Shown here piece after piece: positions 1 to 14,100 of a stretch of 64,000 nucleotides of DNA. The notes under the pieces were generated by a model. That model saw only the letters and a list, made by a program, of their open reading frames with translations, searched no databases and had not been told where the DNA came from. Made by a program: the position numbers and the translations under genes. Each line of letters starts with the position of its first letter. Position 1 is the stretch's first letter. Origin of the DNA: Ophelia neglecta (lineage: Eukaryota); contig OZ260664.1 of NCBI GenBank assembly GCA_965285935.1, positions 11,594,001-11,658,000 on the forward strand, read 5' to 3'.

Positions 1-2604
1 AGGTTTAACGTTAAGCGAACCAACTGAACTGAAAAGTTGATACTTGGAGGGTTTCTCTACTAAATAAGAATTTACTTTTGGTCCCGTGCCAGCGACTTGC
101 AATTCCATTTGGAAGTAATGTTTATTGGTGCCACTAATTATGTAAATGATTTTTGTGTAAATCTTTGAAAATGACCTATATGTTAAACATATGTAAAGTA
201 TTATTAATGGTCCAAACAAACTTACATGTGTTATCGACCGGTGTAGAGCTTTCCAAAACTATTCGTCGTGAACACAAACACATGTGTCAATATTATTTGT
301 TTATGTAAGACCTTATATAATATATACAAGTAGAAGACTATCACAACACGACTTGGAAGAACAAATGATTTTGTTCGGTTAATGAATAATATAATGTTTA
401 TTACGAAACTATATTATCAAAAAGAAAGTGGCGTCGGGTATGTACCGTTTTATAGAACACATCATTATGGCTTTACCAACATTTAACTATATTTTGTACC
501 ATTTTAAAATAAGATAGTTCTATCCATTCTAATTTAGTTCCTGCTTAAATTTTGTTTAAAAGGTTCTGAGCAAAAACAATTTAGGCACAATCTTTTATCA
601 ACAAGCACCCACTACGTGGAAATGGTTAATGTAATGTTTCTTTTGCCTCTCCTGTCCCATGTATTAGGCATGACAAAAAATCATTAGCAGTTTCATAAAT
701 ATACTAGTGGCCAAAGGGCATAGACGAAAAACTAATAAAGCATATCGAAGAGGAACGTCTATGACATCTTGCGCTCACGCAAATGTTAAGTTGGTCCGAG
801 TGTAATTAATTCTAGCCATCCATAGTATTAGTTTCGCGGCACCTCAATATTCCCTCAACCGCCTTTACTCTGAGTTATGGGCATCCACATGGGAGACTGT
901 TTATCTACCGACACGTACCGTTTTCCAGCATTTAACTTTCTGACATGAAGGGGTAGGGCTAAAGGGAATGCAACCTGTCTGGAGGATACTAGTACCATAT
1001 AGCTTAATGTCTGAGAAATTGGTTGCGTTGTAGGAAGGTGAAAAGACTGAAATAGTGTCCACGCGATTTCTGCATACGCCGCCATTATGTTTTACATAAG
1101 AAGATATTATTCAAATGTATTATTTTTATATAATATTTGAATTGAGAAATGCATAATTAAGACCACCAAATTACTGCTAAGCCCTATCTGAGGACTATCA
1201 TATAATAAATATGGTTCAACAAAAAGTAGCTACCTATTTTCCAGGAAAAGAAATAAAGAGCACAGGACAAGTTTATTTGGTGTTTACTTGTCCTGAGGAC
1301 AAGTGAAATTTAGGAAAATGGATGTTGTGCGTGATAATTATACTGTATATCATATTATGCACATAAGTATTTTTCAGTTCAGCCAGCTTATTATATTGTA
1401 TATGGTATGAAAACTATACATACATGCATGTTTAACATCTATCTGCAGGGCCAAGGTTCTTATGTAGAAAGAGGAAATAGCAGCAATACCGGTGTAAGAA
1501 TGTCCTTTCAAATGTCTCTGCGGAATTTGAAATTTGAAAAAATGCTGCTCTATAATACAAGCGACAGTGAAAGGAAATGTTTTATGCAGACAGCTTCTCA
1601 AGTCTGCTTTACCCTCTTAGCCACTTGGTAAAATATTATTAGCGTTATAACGGTTTCCGTTCTGTACTATCATGACAGACATTTGTTTGAGTTTGCGGCC
1701 ATTGCCCCTATGGAAAATCAATAAATGGGGACAGACAACATGGTAATATCCGGGTAGACTGCATGACATGGAACAGCGATCGGTGGCGTGTTCACAAATC
1801 AAATACTGTAATCTGAGCTTCAATTGACTGTGTGCTAGTCTCGTCTCATCTAATGATATGGCAAAGGCCGCAGACTCCAGTATGCCGCAAAAGCGACAAA
1901 AACTCATAGCCCTCCAAAGCTATTTTCTGCCCGCGTTTCCCATAACCATGCTTTTGAAGACGAATAAATCGTTATCAAAATATCTAGCATGGTTTGCAGG
2001 GGCGAAATACTTTATCCATTATTAACGAAAAAACCCGTAGATAAAGGAGAAAATGGAGAGTGATCTGCCTCCTCTTTAAAACGAGTATTTAAATGTTTAG
2101 ATACATTATTACCTACTACAATACTTGTACTGACGCGAAGTCCGATGTATGGTCAGAAAAAAAATAGAGGCACGATATGCAAGGATTACTGTAAACCAAG
2201 GAACGGTAACGAGCAGGGATTGTTTGCGTTAATCACGCCACGATCCTGCCGCCGACGATTTCGTGTGTGCGATTTCCTGGCTGTGGCCTTATCTAAATAG
2301 GAAATCACTCTCTGCTTGCCCTCTGCGACAAAATATCATGTAAAAACAAAACGCTGAAATATGATTTGATAAATTTTCTCCCTCTCCTTGTTGATCATAA
2401 TGGTAGCATTTATATGGCATTCAGTATGATCTTTTCAATTAATTATAACCAAACAATAACGGATACAAATAAACGATTGCTTATTAAAATGGCAGTCAGA
2501 TTTAAAAGAAATGCGTAATTCAAAAAATTGCCATTGTATTACCTCGACAACAGATAAACAAGTACATATACACGGGCACTGTTGGTCATCATATAAACAA
2601 TGTA

Positions 2605-2745
2605 GTGTCTTTGATTGAGACTGCAGAGCACGAGTAGGTTCGTACCTCCACAGCTTCTCGGAGATGTACACAGGCGCAACGCCATGCAGGACCGGGTACA
2701 CCATCAACGATAGCTTAAAATCAATTCTGTGCTAGACTGGAAACA
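2605..2745 (-). mobile_element. Decayed non-LTR retrotransposon (L2/CR1-like) RT C-terminal fragment
   Basis: Translates to FPV*HRIDFKLSLMVYPVLHGVAPVYISEKLWRYEPTRALQS, matching the LHWLPV-RI-FK...LHGLAP-YL...Y-P-R-LRS motif. Confidence 0.75.
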
Positions 2746-5700
2746 ATAATTTGCAGGTAAAATATGCAGTTCTACCTTTAATTGTGATTAAACCTGCTTT
2801 GCAATATCAAACTGTTTATATCATTTACTGGTATATTTTGTAATAGGTCATGGATGTCATTAATATGTTGTAAATGATGGTAAACAACCACCGATTATTA
2901 TTTCTGCCTTTCTAAGGTAACTTTCTTCCAATAATATATATATTTCCCCCTAGTGGAGACAATTCTAAGAAAATTGTGTGAACATTGGGGCTTGTCCCGT
3001 AGAAAACCCTTTGAGAGCAAACACATATTATACACCATAAAGTCATTTTTCTATCACCAATAGCACACCATAAAAATATCTCGGACTCATTTTTATTGTA
3101 GGGTGGGTCAATATCGAAAGACTGAACTCTGGATAACGCCAGTTGTGATGACCAAATGTAACTGTAAATCATTAAATCATTAGCTAAGAGATTAGCGAAA
3201 AAAGTACATACACATTTGCAGGATAAGACGGATAAAGGCATTGACTTTATGGTTTAATTACCCCATGCCCTCTTAGCTAGAATTGGTTCGCTTGGTCGAT
3301 CAACTAAGATTGCATTTTATGAATCGTTTGTTGTGGCTTATGTTGATCGATCTTTCTGTTATGTTGTTCCGATTTGAGGATGCAGGATGTCGGGTTTATC
3401 ATGGACTGAAGTGTGGCCATAAATCTGCACTTTCCAGATTTAACACTTTTTGATTGCTACAGATCTGGTATTTGGAAATGACATTCATGGATACTGCGCC
3501 AGATGTTATATTCCCGGCAAGGCATGGATTCCACCACAGCTGTCACGCCAGTTGTATTTACGACCCAATATTCAACCCTGACACGTCCAGTCTTTTTAGA
3601 ATGATATGCGTATATAAGACAACCAGATTGCTTAAATGTTGCCTTGACTAGAAATTCTATATTCTAAACTCGTTTGTTACTTCATTCTGAACGGCACACC
3701 GCCAAATTCGCCAATGAGTAAAGTGTGTCCGAGGTTCCCGCCTTCATGTTTAACCGATCGCTTGGTATTGATTTCATTTTGCTAGAAGGTGTTATTTTGT
3801 TCTTCATTTGGAAGGCAATAATGAGCCGACTGGCTTTCAACCATATTCTGTTATGTTTGCAGGGACAACGCCATAAGCCTCTTTATGTCTTTCAAATCAT
3901 TGGACATTGGGCAACTATTAGTAAATCAAAGCATAACGGCATGTAGTTGAAATGTATGAATACTTAATGGGTATTATCGACTATAAAGTATTATAATGTG
4001 AACACAGTTTTAATGTTAAAAATGGTGTTTGCATGCGATCTCAGTACTTGCTAAAATAATATATTATTACTGTTTTAAAGCCATCAATCTGTTTACTCTT
4101 TCACAGACCATTCTTTCTGCATCACTCTTATATATAGATATGTGTTCGTGACCTAGATCCAACTATGAATATAATTTCACTATTGCTGTTATCGGCACTG
4201 AATTAGTTGGTGAGCATTCACATATTTACGGTAATACTACACGCAGAACCGATACCAATCTGTCAACCGAATTCCGTAAATGACAAATGTGTAAATGATT
4301 TGACGTGTAAAGGTTACATTTCGCAATGCTAAAAATAAGACAGCCTTTAACGTGCAATGTCAGGGTGACATTTTAGCTTACGGTCTATCCACAGAGGGGC
4401 TGGAAAGTACGTGATCGCACAAAAACAATAATCTACTCGATGCAAGGCTATTATTGTGTCATTAATTCAACTTACCACTGAAAACACTTTCCTTGCACTA
4501 TGCTCTAACTTGCAGGTTGATGCATTCGACAGTTTGTACATTACACATTTTAGTTTTAGCCGCAGTTTAATTTGCATCACAAGTTTATCTAGTGTTTAGA
4601 ATCTGAGAATTGGCGTATGTGGACCTGTGGCTTGTGGTTCCTGATGACCGATTAATGGACTATTTTTAAGCTTTCTCTGCTAGTTAGCCACTCCTGTTCT
4701 GTTTTGTTAACTAAACCATAGAAGCATCCACCCATGTCCTTGGTGTAACTTAATGCTGTATGTAACAAATGATATATGATCATAAATGCATCAGCGCATA
4801 TACACATTTTGTTGACGCTTGCAGTGTCAGGTAGAGTATCCTTACCTAGAAACATTCTTCATCATGTTACTTAAACGTCGCACACACGTTCAAGTACAGC
4901 AGCTAACTAGTACACAACTCACGTTCATCGTATCGGCCCGGCGAGAAGGATGTAGTTGTTTTGCGTTGGATTTAAATATTACCAAGGTCATGCACACATA
5001 TGGTTTAAAGATTAAAGCCAAAGGCATGGTGCGCTTGGTTTAAACTTAATTCCTAAATCAAAGCAGTACAGGAGCAGTTTATTTTGAGATAGATCCTTTG
5101 TGGCATCTGTAATTAATATAGTCATTGTATGGAAAGTTTGAGCAATGCAATGCAATGGTAGTCCCATGCATAATTGATTTTATTACCTGATTGGGTGTAG
5201 TTATAAATAGGATATAATATATAAATACAGGCCTGCCTTGTTCATCTTACTAAAGTAGGCAACACTGTGCTGAAGATTACACTATTCCAGTATATCCAGA
5301 AATATACGGTTCTGTTTTGTGGCTTGCATGAACATAATGGTGTGTTGACAAAAACAACAACAAAATATTCACAACTGCATTTTTTGTTAATTGATTTATT
5401 TTATTAAAAAGAAGGTCAATAATTGCTATTTACTTGGTAACCATTCAGGGCATTTCTGTGGATTTTAAAATGTGCCTAACGCGCATTTAAGAATAAAAAA
5501 AGACCCCGATATAATAATGTACTGTGCTGGAAATGTGAAACAGCACATACATTTTAAAACCTGGATTGAGTAGCGAGTTCTATTGTTAACGAAACCAATA
5601 AAGATGTCTTCTCGCAATGACCGACGTGGTAAGGAGGCGTGATGTAGAGATGTGTAAATCACGTCTGCTTGTTTCCGGTAAAACATGAGAATAGAGACTA

Positions 5701-8006
5701 TCATTTAAAGGGGATATATCTGACGGAGAAGGCAACCCACCCACATCCTCCCTTACAACAAATGGCAAAGGGATAGCTAGTTGAATGCTAGTATCACACG
5801 CTTCCCCTTTTTTTTCACATCGCCATTGTTTAGCGCCCGCGGGGTAGTTGATTATAAGACTTTATTATAAGAAGAATAGTTTAAATCACTTCGATATGAT
5901 GAGTCAAATACATCAAGTACATATTTGTGTGTTTGCAAAATGTTGAAATAGTTATAAGATTGTTATTATTATGCCAATTTCATATCTAAACACCCAAGGT
6001 AGATTTGGCCATAGGCAAGGCACCTACGTATATTAACTTACCCGTGAGGGGTATCATTTTAAAGAGACCGAGCAGTAATACAACTGATACAACAACGAAG
6101 AACATGAAAGGAAAAAAAGAAGAAAAAGATAGAAACAAATAGAAAAAGACACAAATTGGTAAATTGTTATACCAAAGTTACAGGCAAAATAAACCTTACT
6201 TGAGGCATCAGATTAGTTAAACATGGCAACAAATAGTGTTAGGTCATTGTGTATCAGTAATACATAATATAATCGTATACTACACATATCCCTATATCGC
6301 TCGAGTGGAGCCATTTTATGCTTTTGATGCTGCTGATATTAAAAGATACTTTAGGGGGGGGGGGCTTAGCCTCGGGGTTTGGCCTTAATTTTCCATAGAT
6401 TCGGACCACCAGGCTAGTGTATAAGTTTTCTTGGTGTAGGATACTAAAATTTGTAATGTCAGTGTAATGAGCTGCAAGTAATTATTTTCAAGTCGATCTA
6501 TAATGCACAATCTCAGTTACTATTTAGTAGGTCAACGTTCATATGACCACGAAATATTCAGTGTTTATGCCGTATTCTAAATTCACTAATTGCACTCTCG
6601 ATAGAATCATCTGGGTCCCTTATCTTATTTTAACTACGAGACCTATATGTTGCCCTATTATCAGTGGGCTTTTTGATATATATTAGGCTAATTTCCATGA
6701 AAAACAGACGTAGTAGCACCACTATCGGCAGGGACGTCTCCGTGCTGGTCTTGGGGACATCTACGCGATCGCCTCGATGTTTTTACTTAAGACTTCGCCT
6801 AATTAGATAACAAGCGCCTCAGCGTTTTCGCCCTTTTTCTGGACCTCCCCTGATGTCCAAGTTATGTTTTTCGTATAATGTTCCATGTCGAGGACTTGTT
6901 GTCGTTATATTTTGTTTTCAGTCTCAAGTTAGCTGAGATATTTTTATTTCGCCACGATATTCATGCTGTCACACATGCCAAGTTTATGGGCTTAAATAAT
7001 TAGATTCCGACCTTTATCAATGGGTTGAAAATCTGGACAAACTGATTAATATTGTAGTCTTCTCACAGAAAATTAGTTAAGTTTTAGCTCCAACAAGACA
7101 TTTCGATTACCCTTTTCACATTTAGGCGAAATTAACTACTAAGGAACATGAACAGACTTGTCATCGACAAATGTATTGACCAAAATCTGCGCAGTTCCAA
7201 GTCGAAGATGTCCGTCTCTGTCAGTGACACCTTGCCTTCGCCTGGCCTAGATGAGTCCGTACAGTGGCAGAGTAAAAAATTACTGAAACATACCGTGGTT
7301 TGATTATATTGAAGCAACCCTGGCATAGTGATTACTGTATGCATCATTGCATTTCCCCGCAGTTTGTTCTGAGATAATACCATCGAATACCTGTCCTTGT
7401 AAAACGCTTCAGTTTCCAATTCCATCATTTTGTTATATACATGTTTAACATTGAATTCATTATAGGGAGCCATATCCAACCCTGACCAACATTTAAAAAC
7501 ACTTGCTTTCACCAAATTCATAAATGATGTGATTTCTTCGTAAATCATCCCCGGGATTCTTCAGCCGGTTATTTTATTGGATTGAAATATCAAATTTATT
7601 TTGCGTTTAGTTAACAGCCTACGCCTTTGTCACAAAGATAAAGATAAAACATTATTGGTTTGCCTGTTTTTCTTAACAGTTCTTTGAATTAATGATGAAA
7701 CTACGTTCATGTATTTGGAAACTGTTTGACGAACATAACATACAAAACTTTTCCCATTTCATTTGGGCGGCCAGCCAGTTCGTTGGATAAGCATGGGACT
7801 TACATATATCTATTGAAAATCAACATTTTAAGGAAACTTCATAGCATCAGTTACACTGTATAAAGCTAATTATTATAGTAAGCGTAATACCCTTTCATCA
7901 TTGTTGTTGCATTACAAGCCACCTGGTCATTACCTGGTCAGTCAGGCATGACCTCAGTCAGGCAGGACGGTGTGTCCGGAGTGCTAGCGTGTTTGGGGGA
8001 TATGGC

Positions 8007-8131
8007 AATTGTACAGCGGACTGACAGTGTGTCAATGTATTGACTGTTATATTGGAATTGTACAGCGGACTGACAGTGTGTCAATGTATTGACTGTAATA
8101 TTGGAAGTGAACAGCGGACTGACAGTGTGTC
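8007..8131. repeat. 49-bp tandem repeat, about 2.5 units
   Basis: AATTGTACAGCGGACTGACAGTGTGTCAATGTATTGACTGT(T/A)ATATTGG at 8007, 8056 and 8105. Confidence 0.9.
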
Positions 8132-11100
8132 GATATTCCCTGTATTAGTACCTCATGTTGTGCCGCTTCATCGTGGTTTTGAGCCCAGTATGGTGGTATG
8201 TATTTACCTTATTCGCAGATACATTAATAATGATTGTATGTTCATATATTGCCTGTAATTTCAAATATTTTCCTTTTCCTTGTAATTACAGTTTACCTGT
8301 ATACGAGTGCATGGGATTAGACCTCGGAATAAACATTACTGCATGTTCTACTGGTTCATAACCTTCACTGTTATTACTGAGTGCAACAATACCAAAATTC
8401 AATACTAGATGCGACATAACAATTGTCTTTAATGTGTCTTTTTTGCGAAAAGAATTTGAACTTTCTGTTCCCGCTTTTAATGATTTATGATTGATTTATT
8501 AATGATTATCAACTGACTTTGCCCAAAAAGTCAATTTATGTAAAGGACTCCAGTGCATCATTCCGTGGATAGGCCTTTGAATGAAGCGCACTGTAACTTT
8601 TTTCCGAAAAACACTGTTCATTATTTCCAATAAGCAAGAAGCGACATTGCTTTCAATTGGTATCTAGCGTTTATGGCTGTTAAATTTTAAGCCATCCCTC
8701 TTACTGCTCTGTTTTGCGATTTTCGAGTATTTCTAAGAGGTAATAATATACAACCACATCTCACATATCGCTGTAATTCACATCGTTACGATGGTTGAAT
8801 GCGAACCCAATTAATTGGAACATCGGCCAGTCCTGCCTTGAAGCCCTAGCGGGTGGTATAAATACGACTCGCTAAATGATTGCGAATATGAACTTGGGTG
8901 TTTCAGCATATCGAATCAAGAAACACTGGTTTCTGAATTAATATACAAGGGGCTGCCCATGAGGGCAATAACATGTCTGATTAGATGGGAATCACATTTA
9001 ATTGTAAGGGTGTAGACACAAACTTTTCAAAGCACGTATTTCTCCTATTACTACTACTTACATGTTTCTTTCGTGCTCTAAATCACATCGTGTAAAGCCG
9101 TTGACTCTCTTACTGCTAGTAATATGAACTTATTCGCTTTTCTAAAAAAATAATTTTGACACCATTTTATTGACTGGATTTGGGGGATTGAGGTTACGGT
9201 GATGCTGTTGGGCCATCTTTATCATTTTAAACCAACTTTTATGCAGTCTAATTGACAATACTCTTTGTTTTAATCGGATGTTAGATTCATTTGAATTCAT
9301 CTGTCGCCATTTAGAGCTCACCAGGTAATTAATGTACGTATTCTGAGACTCTTGGTATGGGACAATTTAATGTTCAAGTTGGAAAACAAGTGGCTTATCA
9401 CTAAAAGAAGTAGTTATAAGAATTACTTGAGCACACCGCTCTCGCTAGCTTGAACTAAGCTTTAAACCCGACGCGGACGCAGCGACGCTGGGATGCCCAC
9501 AATCTCGGCTGAGGTCTCGTGCCATGTTTCGACAGCAGCCACCTTCCCTTCTACTATGTTATTGTCAAACAGTTTGCTGCTAAACAATCACTAAAGGATT
9601 CCGTACGAACATAATCGATGTATGCAGATGCTTCGATCAATTTGTGATTATAACACGTTAAGGTACGTCAATTTAAGCCACCTTAATTCATATCACATCT
9701 GTTTATTTTGTTAAAGCCTACTGAAAGATATGTTCCTTGTGTTATAAAAATATACTTAATAATGATGTTGGGAAAATATGTGTAAGTGACCGACCGAGAG
9801 GAGGCTGAAATCTGCTTCATTTAGGCGATAATAGAGCTGAATTTTGCTATACTTTATTCCCAAAGATTACCGAATGATAGATTTCTTAACTAACTTATTA
9901 TTAGGATGTGAAAACAAGGAGTTCAATACACAGTAGAGTATTGCTCTGAATAGCCTGTGCGATATCATACAAATGTTTAATTCTACTAATATAGGCCTTA
10001 ATTTTGGTATGTTAGCTATCTATAAGAAACCTATACTGGCCGGGAATGGCAAAATGAATTTGACTGTAAAGGATGAACTGTGAGCACAATGGGCAATGGG
10101 ATTAGACATCCTCTTCTATGTTGTTTTGCCAAAATGTGCTGTCTTAGCCCCCCCCCCCCGCCCCCTCCATCCACACCTTCTTTTCTAGTTAATGCCTGGT
10201 CTGACTGTCTCATGCCTCCATATCCATATTTGACTGGAAAGTCGTTGTGGACGCCCGTCGCTGTGATCCTAGACCTGATCATATTTGGACTGTGATCCTG
10301 AGTTCCGATTGTCGATTGATTGCCGATGTCGTATTGGGTTCAACCACTTGATATTGTCCTGTCTAGAAACTGGTTTCATGTTACGTACGGATTCTCGAGG
10401 AGTCTTTTATGGCAGTTGCATATTTAACTTAACTTTCCGCAGTATACGCATACAACTACTGCAACATGCGCCTTTTACGTCGCAGTAGGACATTGAATAA
10501 TCTCTGTTACCACCACATAATGAATATTTTATTTTAATAGGTATTGACAATTTAAAGTGTATTTGTGGCAACATTATAAGAAATAAACTAACATACTTAT
10601 GTTTAAATGGTATGGACAACCTTCCCAGTAGGGTTGGAAAGGAATCCGGCTAGTCTCAGAAGCCGGCTTGGTGGTCGATTTGTCTTGTCTGTCCACAGAG
10701 AAGACAAACGACCATTCTGGGAGCCTTGTTAACTGTTCCGGCGAACCATGTACATATCTGCAAATCACTCAGAACAAGACAGCGGGCTGAATAAGCGGAG
10801 GCATTGGGCATCCACTGGATAGAAAGTTGCATTTTTGACTTGCTCTTCAACATTACAAAGGCAATGAAAAGAGGGAATAGGAAAGAGAGATCACTGTTTG
10901 TGTGGGTTATAATATTATAATATTAGTGATAATCGAAATTCGCTTATGATGAGTTAACTTGCTTTGAATGCTTTTGGAGGGCACGTTCCTTTACAGCAAT
11001 TCCAGTTTTTTTTATACTGCAGAGGTAACCTGGATTATTTTGATGTTATTATGGGTATAAGTTTTGGCCTCGATAAAAATGCTTCGCCTGCAAAATCATG

Positions 11101-14100
11101 TAATTTGTATATAAGCACATGGCCAACATTGGTCAATGGCCATCAGCATTAGTACTGTGGCTCCAGGACAATGCATATAGTGGAAAACATGCCCTGGTAA
11201 AGCTGGGCGGGCACGTTCGTTATTTGCAGTACAAACCAGTGTAATTGCCAGAGAAACTGCCTGCGTTAGCTTTTTACCAAGAAGAAGTCAACAGCAGGAA
11301 CATTTCGAATCGTATTTCAGCATAATTTTCATTGCAAATGATAACAAATTGATGCTTTCATTTGCGTTACTATATGGAAACTCAAGATTGATAGTTTGCG
11401 GTGGTTGCTGGTTCCTAAATATTCCGTACGAATTTAATGGAATATTCTCGACTAACGACTCGGCTTTGTCTGCCGGGTATCCACATCCGGTTTTCAACTA
11501 TATATTTGGACATACATTTCCATCCCAGACTAATTAAAAAGAGTTAATGCGCATGGAAAGTGTGAATACGTATTGTTCATGTGATTGCCCTCTCCAAGCA
11601 ATGACGCATTAAACACCCAATGGGATATTTCTATTTTGAACGCTTCCTTCACCGTTGTGCATAATGTGTTTGGAGTATCGAGACATATAATATAATCGAC
11701 GTTTATTACTTGTTGCATGAGCAATTGTGTTTATTAGTTTATCATTTCAAACTTTATCATTTCGTTTTCGCAAACTGCTTATATGTAATTTAAACGTCTA
11801 ACTATATTGTATCGCCATGTATGATGTTATTTAATCTTATGTTTCTCGGGTTATATATGCAGAGAATAAACCATGTGATAGCCTTCGCAATAACTTTATC
11901 TTCTTTGTCAATGAAACTTTGTGTATGATAAAGTTGCGGACTTTGATTTATTTCTATTATTAGACTGATTATTACAATACTACACTATGCGTCCGGTTGC
12001 AGGTTTAGAAAGTATTTTTCTATGAAAAAAACGTGAAATGAATTTGGTGAAGAGAATCATTTAAGCCGTCATATTTAAGCCTTGCGATATTATAACTGTG
12101 TTTCGAAATCATACTCGTACATAAATCGGTTATATTAGTCAATGCATAAAAAGAGAAGTTTCCGCGACTCACATCAAATTCGGGTAAGGTAAGATAAACC
12201 TCTTCGCATTCATACTAGCTTCCCCAACAGCCAAGGATAAACTAAGATTTAATCACGAGCTTCGGCAAATCGGGTGGGTATACCAGATGAAATATTTTTC
12301 GTCATCTTTCCTTAAAAAAAAGATTTGATACCGTTTACCGCAGTGATCGTGCTTGGCTAAAGTAAAGCTCAAATATTAAGTTTAATAAATGCTAATTTAA
12401 CAAATTGCATCATTCTACTCAGTGACTTTTTCGAAATGTATGGCAAAGTATTCATGGTTCCGGAATAACCTAAATGTGATTCAGCGAGGTCACCCGGCTT
12501 TGGGAGCGCATCCGGCGACGTGTCAATGTCCTGATTGATGAATAGAAAGAGTCCAATTTGTGTGCACTTGATTAATGTATGTGATCATCTTGGACATTCA
12601 CTGCAAAGACCAATTCTGATGTAAAGCATTAGCAACCGGAATGGATGAAGCAGGTTCGAAGCTAAATCATTCCGCACAGGTCTAATGCCATAGCAAAAAG
12701 GGAGCAGATACACTGCAGCCAAAGGAAAGCCATTAAATTAAATCACAACAGCACGGTTAATATTCCCCTATAGTGGTGCTTATAACATAATATATTCGGT
12801 GAAATGCAATACTGGCTACTCGAATTACTAGAAGTGAAAAATAACATTGGAATGTGGTTTTAATCGAAATTGCTAATGCTACTGTTGGGGATTGACTGTG
12901 ATATACTGCCTTAATAATTTGACATTACATTTTTTTCACGGGTTAAACACAAACCTACATCTGACATTAGAAGTGTACTATGATAACTGTATTTATTAAT
13001 AAAAGTAAGAAGCATATACGCAGCTGCCTCTTTAAATAAAACAATTGCATATTGAGATATGGTATCGTTTAAAATGTTTCGAGAGTAAAATTTGAAATGC
13101 TTGTAGCATGCTGAGTAGGACATGGGTGTACATTAGTTTAGGTTGATGTACGTGGAGCCTTTTGTGTCGTATTTATTAATATAGATCAGTGTAAATGAAA
13201 TAAAACTTTTGAAGAGAAAAGAAAGCATCCTAATCCAATAACAAATGAGAGCCTTGGTCTATTGTTGATATGAACTTTCTTTGTCTCACTCTAAGTAATT
13301 AAGATGATCACGCATCAGCACTCTGAAATCACACGCTTTGTATTGGTTTCTTGAAATGACAATACTATCCCTTAACTAAATTCCAGAACTTAATTTGTGA
13401 GACGTGATTGGCAATTGGTGTTCCTAATTTATAATACCAGTCGTCTATTCCGATTAAGGCGGTAACGCAATAGGGTGAATAATTGCTTGTTACTCATGCT
13501 ATCAGGTTGATTTAAAGGACAAAGCAAGACGATTTGGAGTAATAACACTATGCTGTTAAGTTACACGAATACTCCCCATCATAACGAAAGTAAAAGGCCT
13601 TGGGAATTCAATAAACAAATAAACAGACTTTATGAAACCCAGCGGAACCAACAAAGCCATAAGGCTAATTTCGTAAGCCAAGCGGGATCGAGCATAACAG
13701 AAGGGGATATATGTTATGCCTTTTGGCAGTAAGAGAAAATAAGGTGACAAATCCCAGCGGAAGTGTTTTTCACCTTTGTATCGCCGGGCATCCTTAGTGG
13801 AAGGATTTGCGAAGTGAATTATATAATATGAAACTTTTTTGTAGTTCAACCGGTTTGCAACCGGTTTGCATTACCGACTGAACATTTGTTTATGCCGATA
13901 AAGCAGTCTCACAACTAGAAATCGATGGCAAAATAATACATGCCAAATCTAATAGTAAAATATACTCCACTCACACATGAATCAAACTTTTGTATTGTCT
14001 GCACAGGTCAAAGCAGCTATAGTGTCAGTTGGTCAGTTAGATTGCTATTTACTAAATAACTCCAAAATATATACCATATAATTAGAAAATCAACTAGTGA

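Noticed and set aside
7132-7548. 138-aa minus-strand ORF (FDLELRRFWSI faintly like BEL/Pao)
   Set aside because: A single weak motif with no supporting domains or splice structure.
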